From the NCBI GenBank assembly GCA_964351495.1, contig CAYGOC010000001.1, positions 31,036 to 95,035 of the forward strand: 64,000 bases of DNA. The letters are read 5' to 3'. Of this stretch, positions 43,493 to 52,845 are shown piece after piece. The notes under the pieces are model-generated. The model saw only the letters and a list, made by a program, of their open reading frames with translations. It had not been told where the DNA came from and made no database searches. Source of the DNA: an uncultured bacterium. GTDB taxonomy: Bacteria; Chlamydiota; Chlamydiia; Chlamydiales; SM23-39. Position 1 is the stretch's first letter; each line of letters starts with the position of its first letter. A program made the position numbers and the translations under genes.

Positions 43493-43804
43493 CTAAATAT
43501 GGTGCTTTCTAAAAAGCTCCAAAAATTTAGGCTTTACCCTTGTAATGATAAAGTGCTCTTCAGACTCTTCAGACTCTTTAAGACACACTAAAGATACAGC
43601 AAGGTCCCCTCTTACACAAGAGAATGCCTCTTCAGCTGTCTTCTTGGAATTAACGCCATTTAGATTGTTTTTTAAAATAGAAGAAACTACGCAGCTTATT
43701 TGGAACTCCTTTTTATGCACTACAGCTTGAGAGCTTTCTTCTTCTACGATTACAGGCTCTTGCGTATTCCCGTTTTCCAATCCTAATGTAGCTAAACTCG
43801 TCAT
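43493..43804 (-). CDS. Hypothetical small acidic protein (103 aa)
   Basis: An ORF in operon context between the porin and hydrolase genes, with no recognised motif. Confidence 0.4.
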   Translation of the reverse strand: MTSLATLGLENGNTQEPVIVEEESSQAVVHKKEFQISCVVSSILKNNLNGVNSKKTAEEAFSCVRGDLAVSLVCLKESEESEEHFIITRVKPKFLELFRKHHI

Positions 43805-43822
43805 ACTTACCCCTTCGTTACG

Positions 43823-45118
43823 TTAAAATATAACCTCTGACTGAAACCCCATTACCCATGCATCAGAAACAGAATGGAGCCCCTTAGGATTGGCCACGTA
43901 TTGAACCATAGGCTGGATATAAAACCAAGGATTGATTTGGAAGCGGTGGTTTAACTCATAAACAACCTCTATTTTCTGCTCTTCTTCCCCTTTGTTTTTT
44001 TGCTGTTTTCGAAGATCTTTACTAAAAGAGCCGTAAGCTACTCCAAAAGAGGTCGCATCTTTTTCTCTTTTGGGAATCATACCTTGTGCTACTACGCCCG
44101 ATACAAAGAAAAAGGGCATAATACTCGAAGATTTAGGAGCCCATAAAAAAGCGGCAAAAGGAGTGATTCCAGAACCTTCTACCGTATCTTTTTGATACAG
44201 CGTTTGATCTACCATAAGATACGCTAGATAGTTTCTTTTTTTGCCCCCTAGGATCTTTTCTTTTTTCTTGGTAAAAGTTAAATATCCTACCCTATAGTGT
44301 CCCGGAAGTTTTTTTGTTTGAGGACTTTTTAGAAAACTAAGCTCGTTTATCAGCAAAAGTCCCTCATCATTTCTAAAAGAAAAATCAAGACCATGAGTGC
44401 TGTTTCTATTGATTCTTCCATTCGTGTTGTAAAAAGCAGCTTTATATTCTAGGTTTTTTTGGGGGTTTGTCTGAAGATAAGCGCCCCAAGTTGCATTAGG
44501 AAACGCTTTAAATGGGGTGTTTAAGAAAACGGAAACCGGGTTACCGTCAAAAGCATTGTTAGTAAAAAAGTAATATAGATCTGACTGCAAAAAGTTATTT
44601 CCCGCTTCCAGTCTTCCTGCTTTTACCCAAAGCTTATCCTCAAAAAAGGTTTTTTTTAGGTATAGATTTACAAAACGAACCGTCTGTCCCCCAAAAACCT
44701 GTTGTACCGCAAACTGGTTTTTAATTTTAGAAGCAGAAAGGCTCGTTCCAAAACGCCACACAGCAGAAGAGTACAAAAACCATCCCTTCCAAGGAGTTCT
44801 TTTTCCAAAATCAATCCCCATATCGACTCCCCAACTACTCGCTTGAGTAAAACCTTGAGAAACTCCTCCTGCCGGATTTCCCGCAGCATCTATCACGTAA
44901 GTAGAAGAAAAGGTAATACCATGTTCTGCAAAATAGCCCCTTAAATCGTGTAAAGAACTCAAAAAATGCTTTCCTTCCCACCAAGAAGGAAGACCCTCTT
45001 GAGTTTGAGAAGCCGCAAGAAGTTCTTCTTTATGCCTTGTGTGAGGATCAGAAAAGAACTTCCTTTCTGCAGCAGAGATAGAAAAAAAACAAAAAAGAGA
45101 GAAAATTAAATATTTCAA
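43823..45118 (-). CDS. OprB-family (carbohydrate-selective / AaxA-like) outer-membrane porin
   Basis: 431 aa with a signal peptide. 'LRGYFAEHGITFSSTYVIDAAGNPAGG', 'VFGGQTVRFVNLYLKKTFFEDKLWVKAGRLEAGNNF', 'AFDGNPVS' and 'PGHYRVGY' parallel P. aeruginosa OprB blocks. The C-terminal residue is F. Confidence 0.8.
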   Translation of the reverse strand: MKYLIFSLFCFFSISAAERKFFSDPHTRHKEELLAASQTQEGLPSWWEGKHFLSSLHDLRGYFAEHGITFSSTYVIDAAGNPAGGVSQGFTQASSWGVDMGIDFGKRTPWKGWFLYSSAVWRFGTSLSASKIKNQFAVQQVFGGQTVRFVNLYLKKTFFEDKLWVKAGRLEAGNNFLQSDLYYFFTNNAFDGNPVSVFLNTPFKAFPNATWGAYLQTNPQKNLEYKAAFYNTNGRINRNSTHGLDFSFRNDEGLLLINELSFLKSPQTKKLPGHYRVGYLTFTKKKEKILGGKKRNYLAYLMVDQTLYQKDTVEGSGITPFAAFLWAPKSSSIMPFFFVSGVVAQGMIPKREKDATSFGVAYGSFSKDLRKQQKNKGEEEQKIEVVYELNHRFQINPWFYIQPMVQYVANPKGLHSVSDAWVMGFQSEVIF

Positions 45119-46536
45119 GCTGGGTCCTTATGGGTTATTTTCGGATAAGAATACCGAAAGGTAAAAATTTTTTCCGCAAAAGAGACTCTAATTAAAAGAG
45201 CCGCTAAGAAAAAGAACAGATGTCGCATCTTGGATAGAAAAAGCCAGTAAAAATCACAAAACCCCGTGCATAACACCCCTAAAAACAATAAAAACAGAGC
45301 CAAAACTAAGGGGTCCTCTCTTTTTTTCCACCCGTTCTTTAAGGCGAAAAACAGTAATACTACGAATAAGCCAAGCCCAAAAATACCCCCTTCTACTAGA
45401 AAAAGAAGATAAATATTGTGAATCATCCAGGTTTGCTCTTTTAACTCTTGGGGTAAAAAAGGGTGATGCTCTTTAGAAAACTGGGAATACCCCCATCCTA
45501 AAAGAGGCTTTTCTTGAAACATTTGTTTTGCAATGTTTTGTGTAAAAACCCTTCCCTGATCAGATCCTCTTACTAAATCATGGTAATTTACAATGCCTCC
45601 TCTAGATAGAATCTGCGGGAATAGAAGCACAAAACAAAGAAAAGAAGAAGCTAAAAAAACAAAATATAAAGAGCGGACCTTTTCAAAGGTGTTTCTCTTA
45701 TAAAAAAAGAAAAACCAGAAAAAACTCATGAGAAAAAACGAAAAAAGAGCGGCTCTGGAATAGGTGGTAAAAAGACCCAGTATTTCTAGGAAAAGGAGCA
45801 TGGAAAGGAAAAACCGTCCTCTTAGGGAAGTTATGAAAAACCAACTTCCAAAGATAGCAAAAAGAAACACTAAGTAATACCCTCCTAGTAAATTGGGAGA
45901 AGAAAACGTTCCAAAGGCTCTACATATCTCTATAGGATCTTTATAGCGCCAAAAATCAAAAAGCCATACCCCCTTTGACGTAAATCCTATCTTGGTAAAG
46001 CCTGGGGAGCTAATTTTAGGCTCTGCTAAAAAAGAAAGGCCCAAACTACCTTGAGAAAAATATTGCCCTATTGCAATTACCGTTTCTATAAAACCTAAAA
46101 CCAAAAAAAGGAAAAATACACTTTTTATAAAAGGCCTTATATCTTTTTTTTGAAAGATTTGAAGCGCTCCATTAAACAGCAAAATAGAGACAAAAAGATA
46201 AAAAAAACGAAGCCAAATCCCTAAATCTGTACTAGAAGAAAAGATAAGAGAAAACAACAAAGTGGCCAAAAGAAAGAGAGTATATTTTGCCTCTCTTTCC
46301 CAAAAAAGCCTTTTCCAAGAAAGGTATCCTAGAAATCCTAAAACAGAAAAAAACAAGATTATAGCAATGTCAGAAGGACATACATACAAAGACTGAATAA
46401 CTCCCTTTGAAAGAGTCGTTTTTTCCAGCAAAAATTTTCGAAAAAACCGATCGTACATCCTCTCAAAGGGAAGGTAGGCTAAAACAACAAGAAAAAAAGA
46501 TTCAGGCCTCGTAAAAAAGCGTCTTATCTCCTTCAT
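45115..46536 (-). CDS. O-antigen ligase/polymerase-like (Wzy_C/WaaL family) polytopic membrane protein
   Basis: 473 aa with about 12 TM segments. A central loop region around 'FTTYSRAALFSFFL' resembles the Wzy_C core. It overlaps both neighbours by 4 nt. Confidence 0.6.
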   Translation of the reverse strand: MKEIRRFFTRPESFFLVVLAYLPFERMYDRFFRKFLLEKTTLSKGVIQSLYVCPSDIAIILFFSVLGFLGYLSWKRLFWEREAKYTLFLLATLLFSLIFSSSTDLGIWLRFFYLFVSILLFNGALQIFQKKDIRPFIKSVFFLFLVLGFIETVIAIGQYFSQGSLGLSFLAEPKISSPGFTKIGFTSKGVWLFDFWRYKDPIEICRAFGTFSSPNLLGGYYLVFLFAIFGSWFFITSLRGRFFLSMLLFLEILGLFTTYSRAALFSFFLMSFFWFFFFYKRNTFEKVRSLYFVFLASSFLCFVLLFPQILSRGGIVNYHDLVRGSDQGRVFTQNIAKQMFQEKPLLGWGYSQFSKEHHPFLPQELKEQTWMIHNIYLLFLVEGGIFGLGLFVVLLFFALKNGWKKREDPLVLALFLLFLGVLCTGFCDFYWLFLSKMRHLFFFLAALLIRVSFAEKIFTFRYSYPKITHKDPA

Positions 46537-46853
46537 TTCTTTAAAGATCCAATGGTTTTTAAAAGCTCTTGGTAGTTTTTTTCGTCTTGATCAGAGAGAT
46601 AGCTTTTATAATCTTTTTCTAGTTTTTGTTCTTTAGCTACCTTCTCTTTATCAAACCCTTGCTTTGCCGTTTGATTCATTACCTCAAGGGCCTCTTTCAT
46701 TACCTTTTCAAAAGCGGCTTTTTGAGGAGCCTCTTTTGCTTCGTGATGCTTTTCTAAAGCTTCTTGAAAAAGGGCAGCTCCCTTTATAAATTCTTTTTGG
46801 TATACCTTTTTATCTTCAGGAGAAGCTCCCCCCGTTCCTGGTATTTGTTCCAT
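46533..46853 (-). CDS. Hypothetical small helical protein (106 aa)
   Basis: K/E/A-rich and predicted all-helical. It is the first gene of the envelope operon and overlaps the WaaL-like gene by 4 nt. Confidence 0.5.
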   Translation of the reverse strand: MEQIPGTGGASPEDKKVYQKEFIKGAALFQEALEKHHEAKEAPQKAAFEKVMKEALEVMNQTAKQGFDKEKVAKEQKLEKDYKSYLSDQDEKNYQELLKTIGSLKK

Positions 46854-46928
46854 AAAAACTCCTTTGCAAAAACAAACGAAACTCTATAAATTGATAGCAG
46901 AATTCAACTGTTTTTTAAAGGACCTTTT

Positions 46929-48002
46929 ATGAAAATAGCCTCGTTAGTTTGTTTTTTTGTTTTTCTCTATTTTTCCCCTCTAACTCTACATGCTGTAGGA
47001 AATGTCTCTTCTGAAAAAATAGGAGAAGAGTTTCAAGAACCGGAAGGAGACGTTCCTGCTAACGAACTACAAAAAGAGCTAAGTCAAGCAGAAGAAGACT
47101 TTCAAAAAGCAAAAAAGATGTTCAACCCTTGGTACGCAGGACCCTTATTAACCGGATCTGCCCATGTTCTTCCCGTTGGCATGTTCAACGTGCAGCCCTA
47201 TATTTTTGTGACAGATAATTACGCAAGGTTTAACGCAAAAAGAAAATCTTCTTCTATTCCAGATCTTTTGCAAATCAATACCCCTTTTATATTGCAAACA
47301 GGACTTTTTCCAAAAGTGGATGTAACAGTAACGCCCCAATATATACACAATGAACAAAATTCGATATCTTACGGTGGTCTAGGAGATACCTCTCTTTCTT
47401 TTGGAATTGCTTTAATGCAAGAGACACCGTACCTTCCCGCTTTAAAACTCGCTGTTTCAGAATCTTTTCCTACCGGAAAATATAAAAATCTATCTCCTTT
47501 AAAAAATGGACTCGATGCACTTGGATCTGGCGCCTATCAAACAACTCTTTCTTTAAATGCTTCTAAAATAATCTGGTGGTGGCTACTACATCCCGTAAGT
47601 CTTCGTTTTTCAGCCAACTATAAAATCCCTACCTCTGTAAAAGTGAAAGAGTTTAATGCTTATGGGGGGGGATTTGGAACAGATGGAAAGGTAAAACTAG
47701 GACACTCTTTTACTGTGAATTTTGCCTTCGAATATAGTATTACCCAAAATTGGGTTTTTGCTTCTGATTTTTCTTTTGTGTCCTCTTTGAAAAGCACTTT
47801 TAAAGGCATACCTGGAATCACTTCTACTTTAGAGACAGCTACAGTTGGCTCTAGTTATTCAGACCAGCTCTCTATTGCCCCTGCTATAGAGTATCTTTTT
47901 AATTCTAACATCGGAATTTTGGGAGGAGCCTGGTTTTCTGTGTATGGGAAAAACAGTTCTCACTTTATCTCTGGAGTAATTAGCGCAACAGCCGCTTTTT
48001 AA
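46929..48002 (+). CDS. Putative outer-membrane beta-barrel protein
   Basis: It has a signal peptide ('MKIASLVCFFVFLYFSPLTLHA'), alternating hydrophobic beta-strand patterns and a C-terminal '...ATAAF'. It contains a G8 run. Confidence 0.55.
   Translation: MKIASLVCFFVFLYFSPLTLHAVGNVSSEKIGEEFQEPEGDVPANELQKELSQAEEDFQKAKKMFNPWYAGPLLTGSAHVLPVGMFNVQPYIFVTDNYARFNAKRKSSSIPDLLQINTPFILQTGLFPKVDVTVTPQYIHNEQNSISYGGLGDTSLSFGIALMQETPYLPALKLAVSESFPTGKYKNLSPLKNGLDALGSGAYQTTLSLNASKIIWWWLLHPVSLRFSANYKIPTSVKVKEFNAYGGGFGTDGKVKLGHSFTVNFAFEYSITQNWVFASDFSFVSSLKSTFKGIPGITSTLETATVGSSYSDQLSIAPAIEYLFNSNIGILGGAWFSVYGKNSSHFISGVISATAAF
47664..47671 (+). repeat. G8 homopolymer tract within the outer-membrane-protein gene
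   Basis: The sequence reads 'tatGGGGGGGGattt' and encodes Y-G-G-G. Confidence 0.9.
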
Positions 48003-48010
48003 CTTTTTGA

Positions 48011-49087
48011 CTAAGGCCTTTTTTCTTCAGAAAAGGCCTCTTCTATATTTCCTAAGTAGAGGCCATTTTCTCTATACCAAAGCTTGGAAGACTCTTTCAG
48101 TTTTTCTATCATCAAAGGAAGCGTTTGTAGAAGATCTTTTTTAGGTTCCCAGCCTAATTTTTCTTTTATATGGGAGATATCTAATTCATAGTGATTGTCT
48201 GCTAAGTCAACCATCCAGGGTCTTATGAAAGGAGCTCCTTCTGAAGGAATCAAAAGTTGAATAAAGGCTCCCATTTTAGCAAACCACTTAGGAATTTTTA
48301 TAGTAGTCCAAGGCTTGTTATATAAAAGCCTTCCTATTTCTTCTTGCATTTTTTGATAAGAGTAAGTGGTCTTCTCCCCTACCAAAAATAGATCATCTTT
48401 TAGAGACTCTCTTTTTTCTATTACTTTCACAATACAGTCTGTTAAATCTTCAAAGTGAATATAAGAGGCTCCATGGTTTTTATTTCCGGGGAAAAGGTGC
48501 CCCTTAATATCTTTTTCATAAATTCTTTGAATCATCTGAGAAATAGGAATAGAATGACACCCTTCGTCGTAGCAGCCTGCTACCCTTAAAATAACGGAGG
48601 GGATGTTTCCTTTTTCTTTGTGAATCCTTTCTTCTGTAATTACTTTTGATTTTGGATAAGCCCAAGCCGGAAAAACAGGAGAGTCTTCTCGTATTTTCTC
48701 TCCCGGTTTTGTTGGCTTATAAACTAAAAGAGTACTAGAAAAGACAAACTGTCCTACTTCAAAGGCTTTTAGCGCCTGTAAAATGCGCGAGGTTCCTTCT
48801 ATAGTGATCTGCTCGTATTTATCCCAGTTTCCTCCTATAAAATCATAGTAGGCAGCTAAATGAATAAACGAAGCTATTTTATTCCCTTTTTCTTGCTTTA
48901 TTTTGGCAAAGACGGTCTCTACGCTCGATTTATCTGATAAGTCTGCAAAGAAAAAAGAAAAGTTTGGGCTTTTAAATTCAGGAGGGTGAAAGTCTATACC
49001 TACAACGGTATAGAGGCCTTTTAGTTTCTCTATAAGACGTTTCCCTATTCTTCCTGAAGAGCCGGTAACGATTACAAGATCAGACAT
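48011..49087 (-). CDS. NAD-dependent epimerase/dehydratase (extended SDR)
   Basis: 358 aa with Rossmann motif 'VIVTGSSGRIGKRLI' and catalytic 'YPKSK' (YxxxK). Confidence 0.85.
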   Translation of the reverse strand: MSDLVIVTGSSGRIGKRLIEKLKGLYTVVGIDFHPPEFKSPNFSFFFADLSDKSSVETVFAKIKQEKGNKIASFIHLAAYYDFIGGNWDKYEQITIEGTSRILQALKAFEVGQFVFSSTLLVYKPTKPGEKIREDSPVFPAWAYPKSKVITEERIHKEKGNIPSVILRVAGCYDEGCHSIPISQMIQRIYEKDIKGHLFPGNKNHGASYIHFEDLTDCIVKVIEKRESLKDDLFLVGEKTTYSYQKMQEEIGRLLYNKPWTTIKIPKWFAKMGAFIQLLIPSEGAPFIRPWMVDLADNHYELDISHIKEKLGWEPKKDLLQTLPLMIEKLKESSKLWYRENGLYLGNIEEAFSEEKRP

Positions 49088-49090
49088 AGA

Positions 49091-49609
49091 TTAAAAAAGC
49101 ATAAAAAAGGCCATGAGGCCCATCCCTAAGTTTTCTATAATACTCACTGTGGTTAAAGGAACTTTAATCACAGTCCCCATGCAAGCACAGCTAATGTCTC
49201 TATGAGAAGCAACAGCTCTTATCACCCCTAGGGCGCTAACTCCCATAACTATTATGGTCAAAATATTGGTAAGATAAAAGACCCAAGAAGCCAAATATAA
49301 AAAGCTCAGAAGAAGCTCTATAAATGGATAAAAATAAGCATAAGGAGGGAATTTTTGAGAAACGAAGTCATACAAAACAAACCCTTTGGCAAATCCCTTT
49401 AGGTCAAAAAACTTAAACAAAGAAAGCTGTAGAAAAAAAAGCCCCATGAATAAGGACCCATATATTTTCCAAGAAAATTGAATCAGTCTATGAGAAAACG
49501 CATATGCTCCGAAAAGAGCAGCAAGAATAATACATACAAGAGGAAGATAGTCTTGAAAACTTGTTTTGGTTTCCTTGTTTTTTTCTGAAGAATCCCCTTC
49601 CATAAACAC
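49091..49609 (-). CDS. MauE/DoxX-like small integral membrane protein
   Basis: 172 aa with 4-5 TM segments. 'LFMGLFFLQLSLFKFFDLKGFAKGFVLYDF...PFIELLLSFLYL' resembles the MauE (PF07291) pattern. Confidence 0.5.
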   Translation of the reverse strand: MFMEGDSSEKNKETKTSFQDYLPLVCIILAALFGAYAFSHRLIQFSWKIYGSLFMGLFFLQLSLFKFFDLKGFAKGFVLYDFVSQKFPPYAYFYPFIELLLSFLYLASWVFYLTNILTIIVMGVSALGVIRAVASHRDISCACMGTVIKVPLTTVSIIENLGMGLMAFFMLF

Positions 49610-49622
49610 CTCTTTTTTCCCC

Positions 49623-50333
49623 TCATATCTTTTCAGATCTTGTTTTGCAATCTTTTTTTTCTTCTATCCACTGAAACACCTGCTTTAAGACTGCCTCAGA
49701 AAATAAAAGACCCACGTGACCTACCCCCTCTATTTCTTTCCCGCCGGGTAAAAGAGCTGAAGTGTACGGCAAAATAACTCTATCCTGCCTACTTCCCAAA
49801 GAGCAAATAGGAAACTTTTCTTTCTGAAGAGCCTCTTTGAGTTCTTGTAAGAAAGAAGAGTCTCTTTGCATCTCTTTACAACAATCCCCAAATCCCCAAG
49901 AGGCAAGCCTTGTACCCGAAAAAGGGGTTCCAAGAGTGATGATCTTTTCTATTCTATCTTTATAAGTTCCTAAAGAGGCATAAGAAGAGACAAGCCCTCC
50001 CATGGAATGGCCTATTAAAATCCAGTTTTTTTCTAAAGGGAGCATGGACTCCACCTTTTTGGCATGCGTTTTAATGGAGGAAAAAGGCTTCCCTAAGTTG
50101 ATAGTATAAATAGGGCCATACTGTTTTTTAAGTCTCCATACAAAAAAAAACCATACCCAACTAAAGTTGCAATATCCATGCACTAAAAGAAGGGCTTTTT
50201 TCTTTCTTTTTTTTGCTTGAAGAGGGAAAAGCAAAGAAATAGGAAATAAGAAGAGATAGATGAAAAACTGAAAAACCACATCAGAAAACAACGATAAAGA
50301 CCATAAAGCAATATTGCGTATATTTTTTTTCAT
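49623..50333 (-). CDS. Alpha/beta-hydrolase lipase or esterase (class-2 lipase / PGAP1-like)
   Basis: 236 aa with an N-terminal TM anchor, the oxyanion-hole motif 'LLVHGY' and the nucleophile elbow 'IGHSMGG'. Confidence 0.68.
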   Translation of the reverse strand: MKKNIRNIALWSLSLFSDVVFQFFIYLFLFPISLLFPLQAKKRKKKALLLVHGYCNFSWVWFFFVWRLKKQYGPIYTINLGKPFSSIKTHAKKVESMLPLEKNWILIGHSMGGLVSSYASLGTYKDRIEKIITLGTPFSGTRLASWGFGDCCKEMQRDSSFLQELKEALQKEKFPICSLGSRQDRVILPYTSALLPGGKEIEGVGHVGLLFSEAVLKQVFQWIEEKKDCKTRSEKI

Positions 50334-50398
50334 TTAAAACTCCCTCCGGAACAAATCTACCATACCTTTAGAAAAACAAAAAAGAACCTTTAAAAGTC

Positions 50399-50428
50399 TT
50401 GACCTGTTCAGAAAAAAAACTTTATGTT
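50399..50428 (+). promoter_or_regulatory. Sigma-70-like promoter candidate
   Basis: The -35 TTGACC (50399-50404) and -10 TATGTT (50423-50428) are separated by an 18-nt spacer. The promoter lies 42 nt upstream of the ATG at 50470. Confidence 0.3.
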
Positions 50429-50469
50429 TCATTATTTGAGGCAGAATTTAATTTTAGGGCACTATTTTC

Positions 50470-51099
50470 ATGCGGCTACGCTTTATTTGTTTACTGCTTC
50501 CCCTTTTAGGGTTCTCCTCTTTAAATGATCAAGGGGATTTTCAGCTGTGGATACAACAAAAAGAAAAATTGACCCTTTCTGAGAAAAGCACCTTTTTTTT
50601 TAACATGGAGGGAAGATGGGGAGACAACTCTTCTTATCTTTACTACTTGCACATAGAGCCCACCCTGTCTCATAAAATAAACTCCCTTTTTTCTTTTGCT
50701 TGGGGATATAGACAGATATTTTCGAGAAGCTCCGGCTCTTTTAAGCCCACTTATGAACCTTTATTGGATATTCTTTATAAAAAATATTTAGGGCCTTGTT
50801 CTTTTTCTCACAGAAGTAGATTTTCTTACCTAGTGATACAAGGGGCTACAAATACCTTTCAATATAGATCTCTTTTTACCTTTAGCTTTAAAGCTCGAAT
50901 TACTCCCTATATTTCAGAAGAGGCCTTTTTTCGCGATATACATGGATTTGTCCAAAACCGGATTACTTTTGGAGGAAAAACAAACTTTACCTCCTATCTG
51001 CAAGCAGACTTTTTTTATAGAATCCGTCACCTAAAATCAGCAACCGGTGTTTGGAAATACCAAAATATTGCAGGGGCCTATGCTACCTTCTTTTTTTAA
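50470..51099 (+). CDS. DUF2490-like putative outer-membrane protein
   Basis: 209 aa with a signal peptide. 'GDFQLWIQQKEKLTLSEKSTFFFNMEGRWGDNSS' resembles the DUF2490 N-terminal pattern. The C-terminus is aromatic ('ATFFF'). Confidence 0.45.
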   Translation: MRLRFICLLLPLLGFSSLNDQGDFQLWIQQKEKLTLSEKSTFFFNMEGRWGDNSSYLYYLHIEPTLSHKINSLFSFAWGYRQIFSRSSGSFKPTYEPLLDILYKKYLGPCSFSHRSRFSYLVIQGATNTFQYRSLFTFSFKARITPYISEEAFFRDIHGFVQNRITFGGKTNFTSYLQADFFYRIRHLKSATGVWKYQNIAGAYATFFF

Positions 51100-51228
51100 C
51101 CTTCCTCCTTGTTTTCTATTTGCGATCTTTTGGTCAAAAGATACGCAAAAAAAAGGAGAAAACAGGGAACTAAAAAAACCACAACAAACCTCACAAGCTT
51201 TTCTTTACAATAGAAAAAAGGAATATAG

Positions 51229-52845
51229 ATGGCAAACACAGAAGTGATGATTATAGGGGCGGGGCCTTCCGGTCTTATGATGGCCCTTACTTTACAAAAA
51301 GAGGGAATTCCTTTTCGTATCATAGAAAAGAAGAGTTCTTTTTCAGACCAGTCAAAAGCCTTAGCTATCCAAGCCAGATCCTTAGAAATTTTGGAAAGAT
51401 TAGAAGTGATAGACCCTTTTTTAAAAAAAGGAAAAAAACTAGAAAACGCTTTTTTCTTTCATAACAAAAACACATTAGGTCACGTTGATTTTAGAAAAAT
51501 GCAATCTCCCTATCCCTTTCCTCTTTGTTTAGAACAAAGTGAAACTGAAAACATCTTACGAGAAAAATTAGCTTCCTTGAGAGTCTCCATAGAGACAGAA
51601 ACGGAGCTTGTTAGCATAAAGCCTCAAAAAGAGAAGGTAGATTTAGTTTTACAAAAAAAGAACGAGATAGAACAAGCCACCGCTTCTTGGGTAGTTGGCT
51701 GTGATGGCTGTCACAGCTTAGTGCGAAAAAGCCTTTCTCTCTCCTTTAAAGGGAAATTATTCAAGGATGTTTTTTCTTTAGCTGATCTGTATATAAAAGG
51801 AGATATAGCAGAAAGCTCCCTTTCCATATTTTTAGAGCCTTCTGGGGTAATGGCTATTTTTCCCCTTCCGGAAAAAAACAAGTTTCGTCTTATTTTCCAA
51901 ATGGAAAAGTATCGAAATTTTTTACGAAAAAATGCTTCTTTAGAGCATGGAGTTCTCTCTTCTAAAGATATTCCCTCTCCTACAATGGAAGAAGCGCAAA
52001 ACATGCTCTCTTCTTATGTAAATGGGAAAATAGAGCTATACAATCCTGTATGGCTTGCCAACTTTCATATCAACAGCCGTCTTACTACAAAGTATCAAGT
52101 AGACTCCCTTTTTTTGGTAGGAGATGCAGCCCACATTCACAGTCCTGTAGGAGGACAAGGGATGAATACAGGTTTTCAGGATGCGTTTAATCTTGCCTGG
52201 AAGCTATCTTACGTAATAAAAAAGAAAAGTCCTCCCTCTTTACTCAAAACCTATCAAAAAGAAAGGGGAAGTGTAGGAAAAACTCTGTTAGCTGCTACAG
52301 AAAGAGCCTCTTTTATGGCAACTCTGCATGCTTCTTGGGCTGTTTTTTTACGAAACTCCCTACTTTCCTTTCTTTTAAAAAAAGATACGGTAACAAAGAA
52401 GATCGCCTCGGCTATATCACAAACGGCAATTCAGTATCCCAAAAGCACTTTTTGTTATGAGAAAGGAAGCTTTTCCACCTGTTTTTCTTTAGGACAAAGA
52501 GCTCCCGATTTCCCTTTTTACCGGGGAGAAAAAGAAGAGACCTTCTTTTCTTTACAAAGAAAATGCTCTTCTATCCTTCTTTTTTTTCTACAAGACAAAG
52601 AAAAAACAGAAGAGCCCTGGCTGGAAAACGCCTGTAAAGAGCTTCCTCTTTCTTTTCTTTGGATTAGCAGTAAAAAACAACAAGGGGTTTTATTCGATCC
52701 GGAAAAAAAGGCCCACAATCTCTATTCTCCTGAAAAAGAAGCGATCTACTTTATTAAACCAGATGGTCATGTTGGCTTTCGGGTATCTTCTATAGATCTT
52801 CTTTCTGTAAAAGAGTATCTACAAAAGGTCTTTCTTTTTTCTTAA
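51229..52845 (+). CDS. FAD-dependent aromatic-ring monooxygenase (PheA/TfdB class A flavoprotein) with a thioredoxin-like C-terminal domain
   Basis: 538 aa. Motifs are the dinucleotide fold 'VMIIGAGPSGLMMALTL', 'DG..S.VR' as 'GCDGCHSLVRK', and 'GDAAHIHSPVGGQGMNTGFQDAFNLAWKL'. Confidence 0.9.
   Translation: MANTEVMIIGAGPSGLMMALTLQKEGIPFRIIEKKSSFSDQSKALAIQARSLEILERLEVIDPFLKKGKKLENAFFFHNKNTLGHVDFRKMQSPYPFPLCLEQSETENILREKLASLRVSIETETELVSIKPQKEKVDLVLQKKNEIEQATASWVVGCDGCHSLVRKSLSLSFKGKLFKDVFSLADLYIKGDIAESSLSIFLEPSGVMAIFPLPEKNKFRLIFQMEKYRNFLRKNASLEHGVLSSKDIPSPTMEEAQNMLSSYVNGKIELYNPVWLANFHINSRLTTKYQVDSLFLVGDAAHIHSPVGGQGMNTGFQDAFNLAWKLSYVIKKKSPPSLLKTYQKERGSVGKTLLAATERASFMATLHASWAVFLRNSLLSFLLKKDTVTKKIASAISQTAIQYPKSTFCYEKGSFSTCFSLGQRAPDFPFYRGEKEETFFSLQRKCSSILLFFLQDKEKTEEPWLENACKELPLSFLWISSKKQQGVLFDPEKKAHNLYSPEKEAIYFIKPDGHVGFRVSSIDLLSVKEYLQKVFLFS

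Noticed and set aside
51047-51323. ORFs 51047-51247 (+) and 51096-51323 (-) around the monooxygenase start
   Set aside because: They overlap the DUF2490-like gene's end and the monooxygenase's FAD-binding N-terminus. They have no RBS and no motifs.
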